NCBI RefSeq assembly: GCF_000010625.1
Contig: NC_010296.1
Span: 4,110,001 to 4,142,000 of the forward strand
DNA: 32,000 nucleotides
Origin: Microcystis aeruginosa NIES-843
GTDB taxonomy: Bacteria > Cyanobacteriota > Cyanobacteriia > Cyanobacteriales > Microcystaceae
Direction of reading: 5' to 3'
In this document: piece by piece, positions 1 through 6,650 of the stretch
Layout: each line of letters opens with the position of its first letter
Numbering within the stretch: position 1 is the first letter of the stretch
The notes under the pieces: model-generated
Told to the model about the DNA's origin: nothing
The model's input: the letters and a program-made list of their open reading frames with translations, nothing else
The model's database searches: none
Made by a program: the position numbers and the translations under genes

Positions 1-17
1 GGAATTTCTGGCGATTA

Positions 18-278
18 TTAGTAGTGAAATTTACAGGAAATAATAACAATTTCTTGATCAGACACGCTATAAACTAGGCGGTGTTCTTTTGTAATGCGTC
101 GTGACCATAATCCTGATAGTTCATGTTTTAATGCTTCTGGTTTTCCTAATCCAGAAAAAGGCTCTCTTTGAACATCTTTAATAAGGCTGACAATTTTAGC
201 GTCAACTTTTTTATCTGCGATCACCCATTGATTAAACTAATCAAAACTTCGGGTTAGAAAGGCGACTTTCCTGATCAG
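18..278 (-). pseudogene. yoeB: YoeB/Txe-family toxin, disrupted by an in-frame TAG at 237-239 and lacking a canonical start
   Basis: ORF 18..224 reads ...PFSGLGKPEALKHELSGLWSRRITKEHRLVYSV...CKFHY. This aligns almost residue for residue with E. coli YoeB as I remember it ([32 protein letters not shown]...CRYHY). The same frame upstream reads LIRKVAFLTRSFD-TAG-FNQW-GTG, matching the YoeB N-terminus (..SWDDYLYW). The only start candidates are CTG/ATC at 278/275, or the internal GTG at 224. Confidence 0.8.
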
Positions 279-505
279 TTAGCAGCATTTACATAAATAT
301 AACTATCAGGATTTTTCAGGGATTCTATTGCCTCTTGGAGATGTTGACGGTTAGCTTCTGTGGAAAGCAGATAGTCCGTTTCATCCATTTCAGCAGCTTC
401 TTTAATCAATAAAATCGCTTCGACAACTGTTCCTTCTGGTAAGTCGAGGGGAGGTAAACTAAGTTGACCATTTTTGATGATTGTTTGGTATTTTAGTGCA
501 TTCAT
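275..505 (-). CDS. Antitoxin with a Phd/YefM-like C-terminal toxin-binding segment
   Basis: 76 aa. The C-terminal ETDYLLSTEANRQHLQEAIESLKN resembles the YefM/Phd tail. Its stop overlaps the yoeB frame (AACTGATC). A TATAAT lies about 30 nt upstream of the ATG on the minus strand (535-540). Confidence 0.7.
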   Translation of the reverse strand: MNALKYQTIIKNGQLSLPPLDLPEGTVVEAILLIKEAAEMDETDYLLSTEANRQHLQEAIESLKNPDSYIYVNAAN

Positions 506-1370
506 ATAATTTTGCTATTCTTGAGATTTTATTAATTATAGCAGTTTCAAAGATAACTTGGCTCTTCTCGTTTCTGTATAGTCTTACCTCGTTGCCAGAG
601 TATCCCTTGTAAGGCTTTCCAGAGGTTCTAGCTCTTGTGTAACCGATCAGGGAAGGGAGGGAGATCCTCCCTTGTCTCGTACCAAGGTAGAACCTTGGCA
701 TCAGAGAAATATGAAGATTTTATTAAATTGTATTTGTAAGTACAACTTTGGATAGGAAAGTGTGTTCATTAACAATGCGCCAGTCTTTGGTGTTGGGTAG
801 TGCGGTGTCTTAACCCAACCGACAAAATAGCGATCGCCGTTAACCTGACAGACCAGACTGGAAGCTTGTGCTGATGATCTAGGATTATTTGCCGATTAAT
901 GACTCTTTTCGGAAATTAGAGGACAATACCGTGCCAGTAATTATGGATTTTAACAACTTTCCCCGACCTTTCTTTTTTATTCTCAAGCGATGTCAAAGAC
1001 CAGATTGAAACGTTAGTAGTTATGGCTCTTCGTTACCCTTTATGCTAAATCAACATACAAGATGCCAAGATAACATACTTATAACCCAAAAATTCCGAAA
1101 GTTTCTAAAGCCATAGCCTCTCCGTTTTATTAGTTTAAGTTTATTGTTGATTCCCTCGACCACCCCATTCGTTGTCCTTCGCTCGAAATAACTAATTATT
1201 TCTCCAAACCAGTTTCGGATTGTTTGACAACTCTTGGTAAAAACACTGGAGGATTTTGCCAACCATTCCGAGATGGATAGCATTCCCTCTGTCGGATTCT
1301 CTGAGGTTTCATAAATCTTTCTGAATTCTTCCTTTAATTCCTGCATCTTTTTCAAATTTGGGAATTTTTC

Positions 1371-1557
1371 GGCTCTTCGGTTTGTCTTATGCAACGTACA
1401 GGGTTATAAGGAATGAAACTCTTATAGAGAAAGACATGGCTGCGATTTTTGTTAATTGGTTTCGATCTAGAGCGAACTAATCAATTAAATCTCTTGCCAG
1501 ATAAGGATTCAGTCGATTTATGCCCCCATATCGAACCATACTAAGTAACGAAGAACC
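1371..1557. mobile_element. MITE family A (ISL3-end-derived), copy 1, 187 bp
   Basis: Begins GGCTCTTCGGTTTGTCTTATGCAA and ends ...AAGTAACGAAGAACC. Perfect 8-bp target duplication AATTTTTC at 1363-1370 and 1558-1565. Confidence 0.85.
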
Positions 1558-2196
1558 AATTTTTCTTTGATAGCTTCTAGTTTAATTTTTTGGGGTTCCG
1601 TTAAATCTTCTTCATTTTTTAACAGGCTATATTTACTTCGCTTTAAAACTTCTAGCTTTGCTTCTTTTTCCGCTTTCTGTTTTTTATTTTTCTGCGCTTC
1701 TACGGCTCTTTTTTCCGCTCTTCTCTGTTCGTCTAACTCTTGATTAATTTGTTTCATTACATGGAATCTATCGGCGACTACCTCGGCCGATGGCATCAAT
1801 TCTTTCACCAAATTTTTATAGGGCAACCAAAGGTCTATGCTCACTTCTTCAATTTGCTCTAACACCTCTTTTCCCCACCCAGTAAGCGTTTCCCTCAACT
1901 CTTCTTGTGTTCGCTTCTCTAGAATAGCTATTAGTTTTCCCGTATCTAAATTTACTAAAACCGCACAGTAATTTTTTTGTCCTTTGACTAGAGCGATTTC
2001 ATCAATTCCTAGCCTTTTTAATTTCGATAAATCTGGCTCTGTAATTTCTTCGGCGATGTCCTCTACCATTCTTTGAATCTCTTCTTCCGTTACGTTATTT
2101 CTTCGGCTAACATTTAAAATATCTCCTTCTTTTAATTGTTCGAGTATATTCTCGGCTAGTCTTTTCGTATAGGTTCGTTTCTTGGCGACAAAATCT

Positions 2197-2383
2197 GGCT
2201 CTTCGGTAATTGTTATGCAATGGACGGGGGTTATAAGGGATGGAACCCTTATATAGAAAGGCATTTAGCGATTTTTGTCAATTGTTTTTTATCTAGAGCG
2301 AACTAATCAATTAAGTCTCTTGCCAGATAAGGATTTAGTCGATTTATGCCCCCCTATCGAACCATACCAAGTAACGAAGAACC
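2197..2383. mobile_element. MITE family A, copy 2, 187 bp
   Basis: Begins GGCTCTTCGGTAATTGTTATGCAA, which is 24/26 identical to the right end of the host ISL3. Ends ...AAGTAACGAAGAACC. Perfect 8-bp duplication CAAAATCT at 2189-2196 and 2384-2391. Confidence 0.85.
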
Positions 2384-2846
2384 CAAAATCTAACTCTTCG
2401 CTAAAGGGTCTCTGACAATTACCGCACTTAAATTGACGACGATTAACCTGTAGGTACACTGGTTGTCCTGAGATTGGTAAATCTTTGACTAAATGTCGAT
2501 GATTTTGGTGGAGTTTATCGCTCTCTAACCCACAACGAGGACAGGTTGCTTTTTTATTTTTCGATTCGACTGGTCAAACTATACCGATATTTTCTAGGTG
2601 TCGATAGCCTTGAATACAGGTTCCTTCTAGGTTCAAAAATTTGTCAAGTATCATAAGTAAAATAATCTCGTTTTTGGCTATTATATCAAATCTTAACTCA
2701 ATTGTCTATCTTTTGGTATTAACCTGTTGATGCCTTAAGTCCTTCCCTATATGGATTTCAGCTACTTTTGAGCGTAGGCGCTCTCATCGAATTTTATTTT
2801 AAGTTAATTATTTGCATAACAATTTCCGAAGAGCCGTAAATATCAA

Positions 2847-3164
2847 GTGGAGTTATTGGGGTTAGATGTGTTTGACCCGATTACCATGAAAGTGGACTCA
2901 GAACCGGGTAAGAATGTCCCCGCTTGGTTTCTCGATACTAACTACAACGGCTTATGTTTCCACGTCAATCAGGCATTTTTTCCCCGTACCGGCGCTTGGG
3001 ATTCGATTAAAAAAGCTTTAAAGGGAACCTATGAGGAATCAGTCTGGGAACATCTAGCAGGGACAACCAGCGCACCTTTTGAAGTGGGAGAACATCGGCA
3101 AATTGCCGTTAAGGTGATTGATGACCGGGGGAATGAGTTATTAGTGCTTAAAAGTTTAAATTAG
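2847..3164 (+). pseudogene. 3' fragment (copy A) of a site-specific DNA methyltransferase (type III-like mod)
   Basis: The C-terminal block ...AWFLDTNYNGLCFHVNQAFFPRTGAWDSIKKALK...GEHRQIAVKVIDDRGNELLV is one I recognise as the tail of N6/N4 methylases that precede res helicases. There is no catalytic or N-terminal part. It abuts the ISL3 end, and the left flank of the IS does not continue the frame. Confidence 0.6.
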
Positions 3165-3189
3165 CCGAATTAAAAAAAGGAAAACTAAT

Positions 3190-3447
3190 ATGAATGCTGA
3201 CAAAAAATATGTGACAATTGAGCGATCGCATCAGTTGATTTTATCCGATTTACCCTTTCGAGCCTGTCAAAGAGTAGAAATTATTATTTTAGCAGAAGAT
3301 GGTCAGAAAACTAACCCTCAATTAGAGGAGTTACGGCAAAAAATTGATAGTGCAACCGAGCAAATTTTAGCGGGTAATGTAACCGATGGGGAATTAGTTT
3401 TTGAGCAGTTAAAAACAAGATTAAGAGAAGAATATGGCTTAAAATAA
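3190..3447 (+). CDS. Putative antitoxin (ParD-like by context)
   Basis: 85 aa. The segment LEELRQKIDSATEQILAGNVTDGELVFEQLKTRLRE resembles ParD-type antitoxins. Its stop overlaps the ATG of a ParE-like stub (TAATG). Confidence 0.5.
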   Translation: MNADKKYVTIERSHQLILSDLPFRACQRVEIIILAEDGQKTNPQLEELRQKIDSATEQILAGNVTDGELVFEQLKTRLREEYGLK

Positions 3448-3494
3448 TGGCAATTTATCAATTCTCCCAAGAGGCAATTAATGATCCAGGGTGA
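3447..3494 (+). pseudogene. ParE/RelE-family toxin remnant (15 codons)
   Basis: MAIYQFSQEAINDPG* matches the usual ParE N-terminus (M-x-Y-x-L/F-S/T-x-x-A-x-x-D-L) and then terminates. No continuation was found in any frame. Confidence 0.5.
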
Positions 3495-3574
3495 GCGCAT
3501 CTCAAACGCCATTGACAATTGACCAATTTTGTTATCCGTTTGCTGTGTGAGCATTTCAAGCGATACCAGTCAAT

Positions 3575-3664
3575 CAGAATAGTTACGAACTCGATCCATT
3601 TGGTCGATTGTTGCTCAACAATTGAGAAGGCAAATTCTACCCAAATATGCCCAAATTGTGGGTA
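3575..3664 (+). pseudogene. Possible TnpB C-terminal remnant
   Basis: Short frames read ..FGRLLLNN and EKANSTQICPNCG*. Compare the intact TnpB in this window (YGRLTIAVNPAYTSQECFNCG). The fragment ends next to MITE B copy 1. Confidence 0.3.
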
Positions 3665-3676
3665 GGCAACCTACAT

Positions 3677-3888
3677 AGGGTTTGCTGAAAAAGTTTTTCC
3701 TGGGGGCAGGGTGTGGGGTGTGGGGTGTGGGATGTGGGGTTTTACCAGTTTTGAGGTGGCCAATTACCTAATTTTCAGGGAAAAAGTGCCTAAATTTCCC
3801 CCCGATCACTCCCATATCCATTACTTTTTGATTGACAAAAGGTCTAAAAGTCTTACCCAACAAGGTTTTTAGATTTATTCAGCAAGCC
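3677..3888 (+). mobile_element. MITE family B (G4-bearing), copy 1, 212 bp
   Basis: Ends are AGGGTTTGCTGAA...TTCAGCAAGCC. 6-bp duplication CTACAT at 3671-3676 and 3889-3894. Internal G tract at 3702-3740. Confidence 0.8.
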
Positions 3889-3949
3889 CTACATAAAGTT
3901 CATTTTGTCAAGAATTTTTAAGATGCACTTACCCTGTGTTAATTTTCTG

Positions 3950-4244
3950 GTTTGACCCGATTACAATGAAAGTGGACTCAGAACCGGGTAAGAATGTCCC
4001 CGCTCGGTTTCTCTATACTAACTACAATGGCTTATGTTTCCACGTCAATCAGGCATTTTTTCCCCGTACCGGCGCTTGGGATTCGATTAAGAAAGCTTTA
4101 AAGGGAACCTATGAGGAGTCGGTCCAGAAACATTTAGCAGGGACAACCAGCGCACCTTTTGCAGTGAGAGAACATCGGCAAATTGCCGTTAAAGTGATTG
4201 ATGACCGGGGGAGTGAATTGCTAGTGGTTAAGCAATTAAAATGA
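3950..4244 (+). pseudogene. 3' fragment (copy B) of the same methyltransferase family
   Basis: About 89% aa identity to copy A over about 98 aa. It carries substitutions at positions conserved in copy A (AWFLDTNY becomes ARFLYTNY). No upstream methylase sequence is present. Confidence 0.6.
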
Positions 4245-4257
4245 GTTGGAGGTCGTT

Positions 4258-4961
4258 ATGGCAATTGAAATTAAATCTCTAGTTCCTAAATTTGGACCTG
4301 ATGGTAACTACCATGTAGGCTATATTGGATTTACCTACAGTGAAGGAAATAAGCTAAACGGCGCTTAACCTGCATGATCCAACAGCTATAACCCTTTTGG
4401 AGTCTATATCGGTGATCCGAAGTAAAAGCCGTTTAGCTTATCATCTCTGAAGGAATCGCCTATTTTACCCGTTGGCATCGAATGAGCGACATAAAGGTTT
4501 CTCATGCTTTAATTGTCACCGGAGACAATAAATGTGTTGAAGCTCATCTTGAAACCGGAGTTGCTGAAAAAGATTTGAGTGAATATTTTAATGATCCGCA
4601 CTGTCAAATCTTTTTCAGAAAACCCAAAGGATTAACTTCGGATATAGCCAAAAAAATTGTCGAAAAAGCCGAGGAGCAAAAAGGCTGTAAGTATGACCTT
4701 GATTTAATTGAACACATGGTAGAAGTCCACAGCATTGTAGGGTGGACAATTAATAAGCTAACCCGAGGTGGCTACGAAAACCGTATTACTCTGGCTCATG
4801 AAGGAGATGACAAGTGGATTTGCAGTGAATTAGCTGCTCATTGCTTAGATGAACAGCCAGAATACAAAGACAAGGGAATACTAAGCAAGCTAGATGCAAC
4901 AATAGATCCTCAAGAATTATTTGAAGATCAGACGATATTTGAGCCTTGGAAAAAGGCGTAA
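4258..4961 (+). pseudogene. Permuted papain-fold (NlpC/P60, YiiX/C92-like) hydrolase, interrupted by an 89-bp element
   Basis: ORF 4482..4961 has the His-then-Cys order (VSHALIV ... GCKYDLDL ... WICSELAAHCL). A 36-codon ORF at 4258-4368 has GGAGG 8 nt upstream. It joins the downstream frame in phase when 4351-4439 is removed, giving ...GYIGFTYSEGN|IISEGIAYFTRWHRMSDIKVSHALIV. Confidence 0.6.
4351..4439. mobile_element. 89-bp miniature inverted-repeat insertion
   Basis: Perfect 12-bp terminal inverted repeats, AAGCTAAACGGC and GCCGTTTAGCTT. This becomes 14 bp if the flanking AT is included. The element introduces TAA at 4366 and TAG at 4434. Confidence 0.6.
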
Positions 4962-4967
4962 TTTTCT

Positions 4968-5055
4968 GGACACCTCGAAAACTAAAGATGCTTATTGAGA
5001 ATAACCCGGTATATGATGGTTAGTTTTCGCAATAAGACAATTTATCGGGGTGTCC
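4968..5055. mobile_element. Possible 88-bp MITE (GGACACCTCGAAAA-type ends)
   Basis: Left end is GGACACCTCGAAAA. The reverse complement of the right end is GGACACCCCGATAA (12/14 match). It is flanked by TTCT on both sides. Related ends occur at 16062, 16372 and 16508. Confidence 0.4.
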
Positions 5056-5102
5056 TTCTTTTTTTCCTACTACTTCCCACTTAACATCAAAACCGTCAAG
5101 CC

Positions 5103-6542
5103 ATGAATCCTAGCGAGTTTCTCAGTCGTGAGATTATACGTCCTTTAATCACCCTTGCCATTCCGGGAGGAGTGGCGATCGCTCCTTATGTTTACTTATT
5201 ACATAGCAACGATACAGTTCGTGGTTTTTGGACAACCCATGAAGTAGCGATGATTTTCTTTCTGCTAGTCATTTCTTTAGCAGTTGGATTACTTTTAGAA
5301 GATATTGGCGCAGAAATCGAAAAATTCTATCGAGATCAGTTTGATCCGACAGGAACCACTTGGAATAATTATCTAAAAAAACCAGCTTACTCAGAATTAA
5401 AGGATTTAGAACCTCCCCCGACAGGTATTTATATTACTGAAACAGCTAAAGACTGTATTAACTCAATTGTCCTTCGGCTGAAGTTTGAGTTAGGAATGTT
5501 TATAGCGATACTTTTTGCTTTTCCTGGTCTAGTTTGGATATGGCATTTGAATTGCGATCCGATAAACTACGTTTGGTTAGTAGGTTTACCTTTATTATTA
5601 TCCTTGTGCGGATATCTCTTATATGAAGCTCTGAATAGCGTTGAATTACTTCATGAAACCCGAAAAGCTATTTTAAATGATAAGAGAAACTCTGGGATAA
5701 TAAATGTCGGAGCAATTTTCAAAGCAGCAATTTTCGGAGCAATTTTCGGGACAATTTTAGGAGCAATTTTAGGAGCAGGTATCGAAGGAATTCCCGTAGT
5801 ACTTCCCAGAATATTTAGCTCTATTAGCTTTAGCCAATTCGGTAGCTGGTTACAAACAGGAGCAGTCTTAGTATTTCTTTTGGGAACAACTAATGGAGCA
5901 TTGTTTGGAGCATTGTTTGGACTATTGTTTGGATTGAGTGATCCAACATGGCAGCCAGTTCTTGGACAACTTTTTGGAGCAGTTTTTGGACTACTTTTTG
6001 GAGCAGTTTTTGGAGCAGTTTTTGGACTACTTTTTGGAGCAGTTTTTGGATTATTTTTAGGACTCGGTTCTAGGGGATTAATCAGTGCGGTGTTCGGAGC
6101 ATTTTTTGGGGCATTTCTTGGAGCAGTTCTTGGATTATGTTTCAGTAACAACTCAGTAAATAAACCTATTTATGTAGTTATTTTATGCTTGATTTGGTTT
6201 AGTGTTTTAATATTTGTTGCTTCAGCATTTTTAGATACAAGACTATGTATTATAAATCCAGCAAATAATACTACAAAGTTTTTCGCAAATCACCCCATTA
6301 TTTTTCAAGGGAAAGCCTATGGACATATTGAGAAAATAAAAGCAAAAGTATCACAAAATGGAATAAATTTCCCTGAAAAAGAGAAGGTTGCCTTTCCCAG
6401 CCAAAATAAATGGTCATTTGACGAAACCTTGAGCAATACCAACAACTCTGAAATTCCCTACGATATTACTATAGATGGGTTAGATAAGCAGGATAATTTG
6501 ATTGCAGAAGGCAAAGTAAGAGTAATTATTGTAGATCCTTAA
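5103..6542 (+). CDS. Multi-pass membrane protein with extended glycine-zipper (GxxxG) arrays; family unknown
   Basis: 479 aa with hydrophobic helices in the first 180 aa. Four blocks of G/A-xxx-G tetrads follow: GAIFGTILGAILGAG, GALFGALFGLLFG, GQLFGAVFGLLFGAVFGAVFGLLFGAVFGLFLGLG and AVFGAFFGAFLGAVLG. Then comes one more TM helix and a polar tail of about 100 aa. Confidence 0.75.
   Translation: MNPSEFLSREIIRPLITLAIPGGVAIAPYVYLLHSNDTVRGFWTTHEVAMIFFLLVISLAVGLLLEDIGAEIEKFYRDQFDPTGTTWNNYLKKPAYSELKDLEPPPTGIYITETAKDCINSIVLRLKFELGMFIAILFAFPGLVWIWHLNCDPINYVWLVGLPLLLSLCGYLLYEALNSVELLHETRKAILNDKRNSGIINVGAIFKAAIFGAIFGTILGAILGAGIEGIPVVLPRIFSSISFSQFGSWLQTGAVLVFLLGTTNGALFGALFGLLFGLSDPTWQPVLGQLFGAVFGLLFGAVFGAVFGLLFGAVFGLFLGLGSRGLISAVFGAFFGAFLGAVLGLCFSNNSVNKPIYVVILCLIWFSVLIFVASAFLDTRLCIINPANNTTKFFANHPIIFQGKAYGHIEKIKAKVSQNGINFPEKEKVAFPSQNKWSFDETLSNTNNSEIPYDITIDGLDKQDNLIAEGKVRVIIVDP
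5709..6140 (+). repeat. 12-nt-periodic coding tandem repeats, including a perfect 36-bp x2 duplication
   Basis: GGAGCAGTTTTTGGACTACTTTTTGGAGCAGTTTTT occurs at 5976-6011 and again at 6012-6047. Related 12-mers are GGAGCAATTTTC/A and GGAGCATTGTTT. Confidence 0.9.
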
Positions 6543-6545
6543 AAT

Positions 6546-6641
6546 ATGTCCTACGAAGTAAACAAACCCATCCTCAACTCACCTTTTGATGAACCCTTGA
6601 TGAAGTTAAATCAGCCGTTTATCGAGCTTGCTTATACTTAG
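6546..6641 (+). pseudogene. 5' stub of a type III-like res gene
   Basis: MSYEVNKPILNSPFDEP (6546-6596) parallels the start of the res pseudogene at 7414 (MSYEVNEPILNSPFDEP), with about 84% nt identity. It then diverges and stops. Confidence 0.65.
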
Positions 6642-6650
6642 AATAATTCT

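Larger units (their letters stand above)
1050..2654 (-). pseudogene. ISL3-family transposase, broken by a TGA at codon 27 (2574-2576) and two MITE insertions
   Basis: Three pieces. The N-terminal zinc-finger part is MILDKFLNLEGTCIQGYRHLENIGIV*PVESKNKKATCPRCG...FKCGNCQRPFSEELDF (2654-2392). The middle part is within ORF 1518..2264 (...DRFHVMKQINQELDEQRR...). The C-terminal part is within ORF 1050..1394 (...NGVVEGINNKLKLIKRRGYGFRNFRNF...). The ORF-track termini MHKTNRRAE, VLRYLVWFDMGA and MPFYIRVPSLITPVHCITI are encoded by the MITEs. Confidence 0.85.
1024..2835 (-). mobile_element. ISL3-family insertion sequence, defective
   Basis: Ends are GGCTCTTCGTTACCCTTTATGCTAAAT (1024->) and the reverse complement of ...TTATTTGCATAACAATTTCCGAAGAGCC (->2835), which reads GGCTCTTCGGAAATTGTTATGCAAATAA. 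Flanking octamers are GTAGTTAT and GTAAATAT (6/8 match). The element encloses ISL3-type transposase reading frames. Confidence 0.8.

Noticed and set aside
459-701. 80-aa minus-strand ORF
   Set aside because: It overlaps the antitoxin start region and the hairpin-rich non-coding segment. Its composition is Arg/Ser/Gly-rich, and it has no recognisable family or ribosome-binding site.
1500-1557. tRNA-like TCGAACC (T-loop-like) motif inside MITE family A (also at 2360 and 30210)
   Set aside because: No acceptor stem, anticodon arm or D-arm can be drawn around it. The motif is part of the MITE body, which is present in three copies.
3318-3554. 78-aa minus-strand ORF opposite the parD-like gene
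   Set aside because: It is antisense to a better-supported gene and its stub. No supporting features were found.
5651-6151. 166-aa minus-strand ORF (PKNAPK/PKTAPK repeats) antisense to the glycine-zipper gene
   Set aside because: It is the mirror image of the 12-nt coding repeats (GGAGCAGTTTTT read backwards). It is kept open only by repeat composition, and it lies entirely inside a longer and more coherent plus-strand ORF.
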